64,000 nucleotides of DNA from Klebsormidium nitens (Eukaryota > Plantae > Klebsormidiophyceae). How positions within the stretch are numbered: position 1 is the first letter of the stretch; every line of letters starts with the position of its first letter. Below, in pieces: positions 1 to 15,500 of the stretch. The notes beneath the pieces are model-generated. The model was not told the origin of the DNA. It searched no databases and saw only the letters and a list, made by a program, of their open reading frames with translations. Made by a program: the position numbers and the translations under genes. The DNA lies in contig DF237035.1 in NCBI GenBank assembly GCA_000708835.1, positions 131,899 to 195,898 of the forward strand. Direction: 5' to 3'.

Positions 1-524
1 AATGGAGCTAGTCCTTAGTAATCTCCTATATTATTTAAAGGCTAGAGAAGAAACAAAAGAAGCTACCTAATCGACTCAGTGTGCGAATCGATAAGCAATG
101 GATTTCCGTACTGTAGCCCGCTGCACAGCTCAAGGGTGCAGAGCATATCCACAGCTCAAGTTCCATGTTGCTTCGCTGGACATCAGCGGAAACGGCCATA
201 TTTTAAGGTAGACAAATATGACGATCCTTTTGGAATTCAGACTGTGCATGATAAAAGAGGAAATCTTCGAAACTACACCTATCAGTCCGTATGTCACCGC
301 AATGCAACATGCGCCGTAATTCGTTCGAGCATAAGCGACTCGGCTGTCATGCAATGCAAATTGCTTAGGTTGTACGTACTACTTGGAGCATCTTGACATG
401 ATGAGTGAGGTAGATGACTTCACGTACAGGTGCCTAGCACATCAAAAGCGACTTGCTCGTCTCACTACCAAACCGCCACGGTCTCATTGTGGCGTGCTCT
501 CATACACGCTGAACGGCCTAAAGG

Positions 525-3500
525 TCAACTTCTTTGCTTCACTTGAACGGGCATATTCGGTTTCCTAGGGCGTGGCATCACAGGATTCGTTTGACCCCGC
601 ATGCAAACTTCGAACGAATGCGTCCAGGCTTCAATCCACTTCCCGGCAATTTTAGTAATATTTTATACAAATACATCGGCCTTGGGAAGGCCCGCAATCA
701 CAAGGTGAAAATGATTGTCTCAATTACTTCGAAAAGACGATGACAAGGGTCTCATTTGTACAGATATAATCCAATGTATCTAGCCCACTTCACAAGCAGG
801 TTTTGCACTTACCTATCAATATAGCCCTCCCGATAAGCCCTCATAATCTCCTCTTGTGCTAGCAACTCGTATGGGTCCACATACTTTGGGGCACCCGCGT
901 TTTGACTTCTTTCTCCACCATGCACAAAGTTCGAACCAAGGACCTGGACGATTCAAAGACACAAAGGTTTGGAAAAGTTGATGAAGGTAACAACCAGTTA
1001 AAAGCTTCTAAAGCGGCTCGTGGGCTATGCGTGACAACTTGGAAAGCTGACCCTTAAAACAGACGTCCTTATGTCCAAGTTTCTACATCAACAACCAGCG
1101 TCAGTCTAAGCGAAACGAAATTGCTGAATGGAAACATCGTTCGAACGCATATGACGTTGATAGCCATCGGACATATTGACACAGCCTCGCTTCAGTTCCG
1201 AACGACAGACTATCTTTTGATCCACGAGAAGAAGCTCCAGTCCGATGACTGAATTCTGTCGCATCCATACAGATGACAAGAAGCCCGAGCTTTTAAGAGT
1301 CAAGGTCGCTTCGCAGTTCAGATTACAAACAAGAGTCAGCAATCAAGACAACAGCAGGAAGCGAAGGAATACGCAGCTCGGAATAGTCCCCGACCACGGT
1401 CAAGTAAACTGCAAGAACGATATCAATAAGCATGCCCACCGCCAGGCCCCTCCGAAAATTGCCCGAGTGCTGCTGTGATACCAGTTCCGTAATGAACCAG
1501 ACCACACCTCGCAGAAGTCGCTATTGACACTCTGCACATTTACGGAGCCCAGAGATGCCGCAGCAAGGAGAGGTGCCTGATTTTAAATTTTGCAGAAATT
1601 CTCACCGCATAAGCTCCCCCAAAGAGAACGATGGCTGTCAATACCAGCGGCCAAAACGCTAAGAAAAAGGTTGTACCCAATTTCAGCAGCTCCCCGGCTC
1701 TTGGAAGCAATCCCTGCACGGAGGTGCACAGTCAGGCCAGCGGTTCTTTACACGCCTACTAAGAAAGTATGGGAATCGCCAGTCAAAATGATTCCTAAGG
1801 AGACAGTAGCACGATAAGCCAGTGTCCCAAACGAGCTGCCTCCTAGGAGCAAGCAGCCAACAATTGTTGGAGCAAGAGAACCATTCTGTGAGAGCCAAAA
1901 CGACTGGCCATGCCGCAACATTCTAATCAAGACCAATCTACATCATCGTTTTCTGCCATGGTCACATCCGCTCCACAACGAACCGTTAGGGTAAACTGAA
2001 AGTCACCTCAAGACCCTCGCTGTTCAACTTCCGAGACTTCTCCAGCTGATCCGGTAACTTCGCAAACGGGGGCGGCGGGTCCGGCTTCCCCGCACCCCCT
2101 TCTTCGGTTGCTGTCTTTGGTCCCTTGAAATTCGGGTCCTTGGTGCCATCAGGACGCAGGCCCCGCCGCCTGAGCTCCCGCTGAAAGGCGTCTTCAGGGG
2201 AGTTACCTGGAGAGACCAAAAAGTGTCCCGACTCAGTGGTCGAATTGGCAATTGGAAGGCACTGGAATCGCATATGAGGCTGATGCAAAGCTGGCCATCG
2301 AAGTCATTTATCGTCAAAAGATTACGTGTCTCCGGGGGAGCTGCCTGAGAAAAGTTCAAGCATTTTTGAACCTGTTTGAGCTGCTCTCGTCTCTTGTAAA
2401 TCGTCTCTGACGTTAAGGAAGGCATGATTGTGGGTCTCAAGTTCTCAGTAATGATGGGCCTCTCTCGAAACTTCTGGTTGAATGATTCAACTGCAGGGGC
2501 TGAGTTGAAAGATGAGCAAGGCTATGAGCCTGCTCGTCACCAAGTTCGCCCAGATTGCCCCAGGAAAGACGGGCTGGATCTGTATCTGCCGCTGTGAGGC
2601 ACAGCAGCCAAATGAAATAAGGCTTCTTCAGGAACTTGACCGAGCTACGTCTTGCAGAGTTGGTCTAAAGGGCGACAGGCAACTTGATCAAAGTATTTCC
2701 TTCCCTTGAGGACAGGGTGTAATGTTATATCAAAATTGCCAGCCCAAAATCTAATTTGACGTACCAATCAAAACCAGAGATACGAGCAGGGACTTTGAGC
2801 AGAACACTTCTGAAAGGCATTTCGAGGAGTACCGGTGCTTGTGGCGAGCAGCATGCAAGCAACTTGGATGCCCTGATGGTGTGAGCATAAGGGGCAGCTG
2901 ACAATACAGCCACCACTTGTATCTTGTAGAGCAAAAATAAGCAGATTCTTTATCCTACTTTAATAAGAGTGTGGCACGGCGAGTGGTATGAAGCCAAGTC
3001 ATAGCTTCCTATCATGTAGAAATTCTCGAACAGAAACAGCTGAAGGTGTACCACTAAAAACAAGGTGCGGCTGAAGTACGCGTGGCTGCAACCAAGCTGC
3101 CAGTTACATGAAGTACGTAGCCAGAGCTTGCTGCATAGGCTAGTCAAACACGAATAATCTGTGCGAAGGAAGCAGAATCTCCAAACACAGTCCCTGACAA
3201 TTTTGGCATACTGCAGTGGAATTACTGAAGGCGCATTAAGAGCACTCTGGCCGACAGATAAGCACAACTTCCGCCAAAGTCTTACAGAAGCAAAGCAATG
3301 ATCTAAGAAGTCTGTGTCCTCACCGGCGCTGGACTTGTCATCCCCGGCTTGGCTCCTCAGCCCCTTTCTTCCAGGGGCCGTTCTACTTCCTCGCCGACAT
3401 GGTCCAGATGTCGTGAAAGTTGAGGGGCAGAGAAGACAGATACTACGGCTTGAACCAAAGGCCCATCCTGCCCCTTTTCGTGAACTGCATGGATTGCGGC

Positions 3501-3558
3501 CAAGTAATGCTGACAGCATTGTGGCTGTACCAACTTGCGCTGTGAGGCACGTCATCAT
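525..3558 (-). CDS. Conserved plastid-targeted membrane protein of unknown function (land-plant family often auto-annotated as tubulin alpha-6 chain; not a tubulin)
   Basis: Exons 3558-3324, 2206-2007, 1713-1606 and 943-813 join in phase across GT-AG introns. The translation has a Ser/Arg-rich, acid-poor N-terminus, then EDAFQRELRRRG ... DQLEKSRKLNSEGLEGLLPRAGELLKLGTTFFLAFWPLVLTAIVLFGGAYAVLGSNFVHGG ... PKYVDPYELL, matching motifs I recall for this family, with one hydrophobic segment. The final exon (taken as 564-525, first usable YAG) is uncertain. Confidence 0.8.
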
Positions 3559-4192
3559 AGGTCTCTGCTTAGGGGTTGTGTGCCAACGAGAGCCCCCGAC
3601 TTGCAAGGACTGCGGCGCTGATATTGCCAGTCAGGTTGGAGCAGAGTTGAGGGGAGTGTAAAGTCCAAAGAAGAGCTCTCTGACAAAATTGGACGGCGCG
3701 CAAGGTGAAGCAAAGCTGCCCGTGCAAGCCCGCAACCAAACCAATGCCAATGATTCAGAAAGACCACCTCAGCAAGGCCGCCAGTGCGATTGGTCAGCTG
3801 AAACGAAGTTCAGAAACCACCCCCCAGTACCGCTCTGCGCCCTTTAAAATTAAATTTATAAGTTCAACTTGGAAAGAGCTGCTGGGCAGCACAAATTGGC
3901 ATGCAGCAGCAATTTGTTTGAAGAAAGACGCATGCATTTGCGGGCACAAAGACACGACATTTGCGGTCATTGCTGTACTAATTGCTGGACGCTTTCTGAA
4001 ACAGAGGTTTGTAACACTCATACATATGTTGAACCAAACCGTTACGGACATTTCTATCTTTTGCAATCTAGAAACCGGCCCGCGCCTCTGCCCATCGTGA
4101 CTGAGACGTTGCATGTTGAGCTGCATGGTCACACGAACACCCATGCAGTGATCGTGGCGACAATAAATCTTGGAATACAGTAAATAGGAGCT

Positions 4193-4503
4193 CCCAGACA
4201 CTGATTGGCGAAAATGACACTAATGGCGAAAATCCCAGCGGCATTTGTGGCCGGTAGAGTGTCCCGGCACCAAAAACTTCTGGTACCGACCAAGTTTTGT
4301 CGTTGTCTCTGGAGATCTTCAATTGAAATTTTGCGGGCAAAGGTAAAGTACGGGGTTCTGAGCAGGGTTAAGATTCGTCAAGGCGGGTGGGAGCACCCGA
4401 GCATGTCTGACCATTTTCGCCAGGCCGGCGAAATTCCCTTCCCAGACACTAAATGGCGAAAATCTGGCGAAAATCAAATTGGCGAAAAGAATTAGTTTCG
4501 CCA
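4193..4503. repeat. Cluster of TGGCGAAAA motifs with two direct CCCAGACACT repeats; possible remnant of DNA-transposon ends
   Basis: TGGCGAAAA at 4206, 4224, 4454, 4465 and 4480; reverse copies at 4414 and 4496 (the latter 8 nt); CCCAGACACT at 4193 and 4441. Confidence 0.6.
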
Positions 4504-4932
4504 CGAACATTGCACCCATGGCTGGCATACGGTATGGGCCAAGTGACCATACGCAAAGTGTATTAGGTAATACAACCCAATACATCAGGCAGGCGTCTTC
4601 TAGGATGAGGGGAGGTGCAGCTTGGTCTGCTGCCAGTGATCTAGCTATTAGTATCTGTTCGTACGCAAGCGCATAACAATGCTTTCCTCGATAGCAATGC
4701 TGTGAGTTAGTGAGCTGCTTTTGCTCGGCAGATAGGTGGTCTCGTCCACCTAGGATTCCTTTTGAGTCCTCTCAAGTGGATTGGGCAGAAGCGTCAGTAG
4801 CTCAAGAAGCTGTTCACTGAAGGACTCCGCCGTCATCCTGCCAGCTGCAGTTGCCTTCCTTCGGGGGAGGAAGCCTGTTGAGGCACCCTGAGCAGTCTTA
4901 ATGTGTTCTCCTTTTCGTAGCTGAGGTCCGAA

Positions 4933-8046
<3,114 letters not shown>

Positions 8047-9574
8047 CCAGTAAGCCGTCTGCAAAGGCTTAGCTCAATCGTAAGGGAGATGTCGACCAAA
8101 TGATCATAAATGTTTCGGGTTTTGTACATTTCGGCGAGCGAATTTTGACGGAATATGCGTTATCTTCCGCATCACTGGACGTGGCTTAGGCCCTATCAAT
8201 GCTTGCAAGCAAAATTCTCTAGTCGCGTCACAAGCCGATTTTTCTTCTCAAGTCGTATTCTACACGCGTCATGTTTGCTGACAAATGAGGGCGAGGCATA
8301 AAGAGCTTTTGAGACCAACTAAGATTGCAGCCCGATCCTACGGGAAGCTCCCGATCTCAATTTTGGACGACTAGTTAATGTGCCGTGGTGCAATGGATCG
8401 GTTTCATTCATGCTCGTCTTGCGAGAACAAACGTTGTACTTGAGATCTCTAATTTACGCCAAAACTGACTAATTCAAGGCTCCGACGCCTTGAATGGATG
8501 AAAACAACCAGACCCAACAATCTGAGTGGCACGGCTCATCAGTGGCGGTTAGGCTGAAGGAAGTTGAAGGTTCTTAACGTCCAAGCAATTCAAGCCAATC
8601 CAAGCCAATTCAAGCCATAATCCAATATAACAGATACTCCGACATTGTCTGAAGAGAGTTACTGTATACTCTTGTTCTCTTGTGGCTCTTCATACGGTTT
8701 CAGGTTTTCCCAGCTTCATGAATTCAGGTGCACACTTGGCAACTTGGGATTTCAATCAAATCCGGGTTCGCAAAGTTGACAGTGTACTTGATACCAATCT
8801 GCAGGCTGTGCGACAGCCGAGCGATAGTTCGTCGATCAGCCTGATTCGCCGGCCGCCGATCGTCGAGGCTTACGCGGCCGGGCTTAGCGCGAGCGCGCCG
8901 CGTCCAGGGTTCTGGTCAGGTTTCGATTTGGCAAACTTCCATCGGACGGTCACCAGTTTTCATCGATCTTCTATTCGACGGATTCGATGGGCGGCCGTCT
9001 CGTGCTTGGGTATCAGCAGGCAGTTGTCGTAACAAGTGCTCGCGCGCACACGTTTGCTCAATCTGTTGCAACCCTCCAATTTTTGCACGCCCGTTGGAGC
9101 TAGCTCCGTCACCTACCTAGCTTCCTGAGTCCAAAGCAGCATTGCCAGCCTGTTGACAGTCTACATGTCTTTCTTAGATTTTCCATTTGCAATGTCACTC
9201 ACCACCTGCAACAAGCTCCGATATGTTGACTAATTGGTGCAGCATTGTGGCCGGCCTGCTGCATTGCAGGATTGCATGCCTGCAGTAATGTCTAAGTTTT
9301 TCTGTTTGATCACATGCATAGGTTATATGTATCACTATCTTCGGCTTTTCCAAGCACAGGTTTTCTGCCGGGTTTGTGCTAAACGCGCTCTGCGCCCTCC
9401 GCCTCACTTGAGCAATGCTGTCACTACGTCCTGAGAATAATTGCTTGGCATTGGGTATCAAGTTGATGCATGTTGAGGACGAAATGTCGCTTCTTCCATA
9501 AGACGGTCACCTTGAAGATTAGCGAGATTAGAGCGCAGTGGGGCAGTATCCAGTCGGCTCTCTAGATCTCCCCA

Positions 9575-12500
9575 ATGGCGGCACCTTGGAAAGTGCATGC
9601 CGCAAGGACACTCCTGGTGGTCTTTCTATTGGGGCACAGCATTGCGTCAGGTAAGTGGGAATCTCTACTTGCCACTCATTCCTCCACAATGCTGTGGCTA
9701 TAGTCAGGCATGATCATCAGGGTGTGTCAGCAAGCAGTTAGCCCGCGGTTTCAAGCATTGGTGTATGGGTTTATAAAGAGCGGTTCGCCGCTGACAACAA
9801 AAGCAACCATTACACAGCAGCGTTTTGCTGAAATTTGCCTTCCAGTAGCTTTGAGTGTCACAGTCTTAATTTCTTCTCTTTTGCGGTGATATGCCTAACT
9901 GGGCTGTCACGACAAGCGCCTTGAGATCAGGGATTCTGCACTTAGCAGATTCGCAGCAATCTCCAACTGAAAAGGCCCTGACGTACAAGAGCAGTACTGA
10001 TTGTACGGTATTCAGCTGCTACTACTTGAAAAGGAGCTATAGTAAAGGTGGCATGCTATTCAGCCTTATTGTGCGTTGCACTTGGCGGGTTCTACTGGAG
10101 TTCTAAAGCACCTCTCCGGTGTTTGCTTGCCACTGGGAATAAGAACTTGGTTGAAAGCTGATGGCGCATGACAGCTGTCAGTTGTTCATCAGTGGATGTC
10201 TGACAGCTGTCAAAGAGTTTCGGGGTTTGTTGTCTGAAGACTCTAGTAAAGTAGGCTTCTTTTCCTGCTCTGCCAGCGATGTCTACTGCATTTTCTCTCG
10301 ACTTTCTGCCACCAATCTTCAGAAAAACCATTTTCTCCCGAGCTCGGTGTTTCATCCGAGTCCAATACCACTACTTCTGCCTGTGCACATTTCTTGTCTT
10401 TTCTCTTATGACATGCAAGCAGTTAACAAGGGACTCCATCCTCCATGCTTCTTACGATTTCATTTCACCCCCGCTAACCCATACTAACCACGTCCTGAGC
10501 ATCCGTAACCAGTGCTGTCTTTCCCGTCAGGTTCTACCGTTGGCGATGCCAGCACGTTCGACCAGCTCTTGGTTCTAGACTGCCAGGCGCGCCTCCACCT
10601 CTTCCCCTCCCACCACTTTGCCACGTCATCAGTGGTCGCGCTCAGCCCCAGCCTGCAGACCTTTGTGAAACAGGGCCTCTTTGACACGGTTAACGCGATG
10701 GTCAAGCGTCGGGCGCAGTGTCACTGTCCGGCGCTCTCCGATGCGCAGTTCCAGGCCAGCTTTAAGCTGGACCCCAGCAGTATCATTAGGTGAGGGACAC
10801 GTGTCCTTTCCAAATAAGACCAAAAGAGCCTCACGAGGGAAATCCGACAGGGTCAACAGGTGTCCGAGACGTCCTAGAAATAGCCTCAAGTGAGTCCAAG
10901 AGAAAGGAACGAAGAGATTGAAAGGACTATCTACTGCGATTGGGACGTTGACGGCAGGGCTACTTGAGTGTGAGTCCGAGTAAAAGAAAATTTTGAAGAA
11001 CCCAGGACTTATAGAGAATGCTAGAAAGAAGGAAATAAAAGATAGGCGTCTTGGGTAATGCATCTCGGGGTCAAATTGTGTGGCGACCAGATGACTCAAT
11101 GTCACACAGCTCGCCAATGACTTTTTGCACAGATCCTGTTTTCATTGTGAATCTGCCTTCTGTGAATTCTGCCTTCCGACTCAACTTCACTTTCCTTCGG
11201 TTATTCATTGGTCTGTCTTGCAACCCATGTCACTTTCTTTGTCTATCTTCGTCTATCTTCGTCCGATAAACGTCTTTTTAGAAGGCCGCTCTGTTTGCAC
11301 GCCGTCCGTCCTTCTGCCTCTCGAGACAGTACTCTCGCAAAAATGGCCCTCAAATGAAGAAATGACACGTGGCCTCCTCTCTCCAGCGCGGTTTCGGACG
11401 GCAGCTTGGCTGGCAACCTGGGAACGGTCTGCAATACCGCGGACACGACCTTTGTCCGAAGCTGGTCCGCACTGTGGACTGAATTGGGCAGCCTGGGCCA
11501 GTGGCCGAAGTCCACGTGCAGCGCTGCCACGTGGCAGCAGGGGAATGGCTGCAAGGTGGAGCTGCCGCTGGATCCGCAGGCAACGCTGCAGGTGAGACTG
11601 CCGGAACGGACTGTCGAAAGAGGACAAGCTTCTGACGTTCAACAGTCCCGCGCAAAGACCGAGCTCGTCCTACTTTTCAAGCTTCGTAAGCGAAGTGCGA
11701 GATTGGGGATTTGTCAGACTGGAACAGAGTACTATAAAGGGCGTATCGTTGTGTTGGCACCGAAACTCCTTCAAAGAGGCGATCGGCGCTAAGATGACCA
11801 AAGAACGCGTTTGCATTATTGTCACCCTCCCTTGCGCGTCTTAGCCTTTGAGAGGCTCTTTGGCAGAAGCTCTTTAGAGATCTCTCTGCACATAAAGATT
11901 GGCGGGAGCTTCTTGGCAAGTCGTGACCACGCACTTCACCATTGTACAAATCACTCGCTCCTCTAAACCTGACACCCAGGTACCAATTTAGAAAACGCTG
12001 GAACCTTCAGGGTCTAATCGCATTCCCCGTTTTCCAGGTGGGCATCAACTCTTGCCCTGGCCAAGCCCTGCCGTTCGTCTCCATCAGCTGCCGCGGCGCG
12101 CGCTGCCGCAACCTCGCCCGCCCGTGCGCCACGTCCGCAGATTGTCAGCGCCTCTCTCAGGCTCCCGGCACCCCCGCCAACGCGGCATATGCCGGCCTGA
12201 ACCAGCTCGACGCCAGCACGGGCTTGCAGTGCGCGATCCTGAACCCCGCGAGAGACGACTCGTTCTGGGCGCAGAGGGGGATCCCCCCGACCAACGCGAC
12301 TTACGTCAGCGGAATCCTGGTGGGCTTGCTGGAGTCGGTGGGGCTGTACACGCAGACGGATCTGGACAACGGGCGGTGCGGCGCGAGCGGGCCGGAAGTG
12401 GCGGGGAAGATGTGGGCGCGCGCCCTGCAATACCTGCAGGCAAGAGGGTTTTATCGTTTCAGGGTTTTGGGCCTTCGTAAGGATGTGGTCTTATTGTAGG

Positions 12501-15500
12501 ATTCCACGGCTTTAAAGCCGGACTCGCCGCGTCTTCTTATCGCGCAACTCGTTGTTGTTTGGCGGCAGCGTTTGTGTAGCGCCAAGGACGATGTCGTAGT
12601 GTCTACGTTCTATTCTTGCCCGCTCACAATCATCCGGCTGGGTATACGGCGGAGAATGTCCGCAACCCCATAGAGGTAGATCGTCCTTTTGGAAGTTTCC
12701 TCATGATTTCGTAGCACTTTTAGATTCGGCTCGCCGGGAAAGAGGAAGACGCTGTCATCGGTCGAACACAATATTGGGGGCTTAGAAGGACGTCTGCCTC
12801 TGAAGCATGGCCAGCTTCAGACCGTTCCACTTCCCTCTGAGGATCTGACCTGTGGACGGACTGAAGCGGTTTGGCAAGTTCTCTTTGCCTTGCATCTGAA
12901 AAGGGCTGCGCCGCCACAACGAGGGGCTCTTCTCACTTATCCTAAACCCATGCACAACTGCTGCACAGCGCGAGCAACTCTCGACTTTGGACTTTGATCG
13001 AATGCGGATGCAATCATCACAGATTCAAAGCCCTTCATTAAAGCGTTAACTTGAACCTTTCTTGTACACAGAGCCTGTACCGGACGGACACGGCCGCCAC
13101 TCCGGACGGGTTATGCGTGCCTTCGGCGCTGGTTACGGACATTGCGGACAGAGTCAAGCTGCCCGCTCCCGCGCAGACGTGCAAGAACGTGACGGCCATG
13201 TGTGAATACCCCCAGTACCCGCTGGTGACGTCAGCGATCAGCTGTGACGCGTGTTACGCCAACCCCTACGTCAGCACCAGGTAGGCTGATGTCAGCGTGG
13301 AGCGGAGTCGAGTATTGGATCTCGTTGCAGTAATCGACCAGATCGGACACCGCGTTCTTGAGGAGGGTTTCGATCAAAGGCTTCGGATCTGCTCTCGATC
13401 CGTAGCCGGACAGTTGACCCAGTCCACATCTTCTCCTCTGCGATGTGGAGAGAAGATCTCATCATGAGTAGAGTCGAACCTTAAGCCTGCTTGTAGGTTC
13501 TGTGGCAGTCCGTCTGGAGGTCTGAGTCAAGTGGCAGGTACTTTCACGACGAAGTATCCATGAAGGGACGAGTAGGTCCCAAGCGATGAAACGTCCGCGT
13601 ACCATCTCTCATGGCACGCTCAAAATTCGCATATGCTTCATAGGGGAGCGGCTACTTCTCTCGAAATGCGGGTTTAGTCCGCATCAATTGTCCCCATTGG
13701 TTTCTTTTTTGAGAAAGCTGGTCCCGGCGGATCGTGCTAGAACCAACGTGTCGTCGGTTGCGTATTTCTCCCATCTTCTCAGGTGTAGAAAAACTCCCGA
13801 TAAAGTTCATTCTTTACTCCCCGTCGGGAACCAAGCGGCTGCCGAGGGGTTCGTGTTACCTCAAGAAAGTGACGTTGTTAAGACAATCTCGTTTTTCTTT
13901 CTTCTTCTCTCTTTCGATACTCGCCCTTCTCCACTCCAGTCTGACCACGTACAAGACCGCCCTCCCGAGCAACTACTGGGCGTCGAACAGCGCCCCGGGG
14001 GAGGTCGTTTGGTGGAAGAACCGCACCGTCTGCGTCGCGGCCGACGGCCTGGGGGGGTTCACCGATGGGACGGCGGCCCCCCCGGGAGGGTTCAATTCGA
14101 AAGACACGGGCAATACGCGCAAGTGCAATATGACGGCGTACGATTTGCAGCCGTGCGGGGCCGATGAGTGCGCGGGCCAGAGCGACTGCCTGGACAGCGC
14201 GCAGTTCTGCGGTGAGCTGGCGCTGACGTCAGCCTGTGGTGGGCTCGAGCTGCTTGTGGTCATTGTGATCCCGCACTGCCATTTTTCTCATGCGCGTATT
14301 CCGTCCGCTTCCGTCTGCTCGATCCGCCCGTTCCGTTGTTGTGGCAAATGAAGTCCGCAGGGTCGGAGGCCTTTGCTTGGTGTTGAACATCCCCCGCAAA
14401 AGTCTCGTACGCGGTAGACGTTGTGCTTATTTAGTCCGCTACCCAATAGTGCAGTTTCACTTTCCGCCTGCAATCCTCGGGAGTCCTAGCAAAGACCAGG
14501 AACTGAGCTTCTTTTTCTCGAGCGTTTTTCTGCCTTCCCTCTGGGAGAAAGATACGATATCAGAACTGACCTTGGATATCATAGTTTTTCTCGCAGAAAG
14601 ATTGTCAGGTTACCAATGCTCGTAACCTCCGATCGTGCACAATCCCCCAGTCACCCGTCCTCTCATCCAAAAAGCCCCTCTCTTGCACAGGCGACTCACC
14701 GGACGACATCCAAGCCCCCCCGCCGGCCTCCCCCACCGCTTCCACCTCTTACGAATTCGGCCTCGACCAAATTCCGGGCTACCCAATCGCGTGGGGGGGC
14801 AAGCTAGAGGACGGCACCCCGGTCTTCGACCCCCCCCGGAAAGATGGAACCGCTTTCCGGCTCCCCCAGGAAACGTGCGCATCCCCGGCCGGCGCCCTCC
14901 CGGTTCTTCGCTTGTCGTGCGGACGTCCGAGCTTGCAGCTTACGCCCATGAGTCCGATCGCTGTCCGGATTGCGCTGCCGGACCTGCAAGGGCTGCTCAC
15001 CACCGTGCACCAACAGCTGCTGACGTGGGTACGTTTTCAGCCGTTCGTTTTCGGTGTATCTGGTTCTTTGTTCTCGCCTTACTGACAGTTTTTTTGTCCA
15101 CTTGGAACTAGGAGCGAATGAACTGGAACCAATTCAAGGATTTGAAGCCAATTTTCATCACTTGGCCATCCGATTTGGGTTGGGGTTAGAACGCGAGCGA
15201 GTCATTATCGCTAATGATGCTTTTAGAACGATTCCGTCTCGAGAAATAAGTTGAAGAATTGTCTAAACGCAATTTGTGCGGCGTTGACGAAGGCCGTCTT
15301 CCTCATTAACCAGATAACCAGAAGACACGAACAACATTCCATCAGAAATTGTACCTCCATTTTATACCTTGCTCGACTTCGAAAACAACGAATCATCGTT
15401 CAGACGATTTTCTCATAAACCCTAAACCCCGTCCGCAGCTCGTCGGCTGTCGCCTGGGCGGCCCCGCGGTCCCCGCCGGCCAGGTGCGCGCGTGGTTCGA

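Noticed and set aside
1323-1505. VVGDYSELRI in a minus-strand ORF, resembling DNA polymerase A motif A or a helicase motif
   Set aside because: It lies in an intron of the plastid-protein gene, is short and has no supporting motifs.
1-4190. Decayed transposon suggested by many short broken ORFs
   Set aside because: The minus strand resolves into a phase-consistent spliced gene; no RT, integrase or transposase motifs were seen.
8581-8626. CAAGCCAAT(T/C) 10-bp tandem units as CCAAT-box array
   Set aside because: Three to four short degenerate units about 950 bp from the next ATG cannot be distinguished from slippage; no further support.
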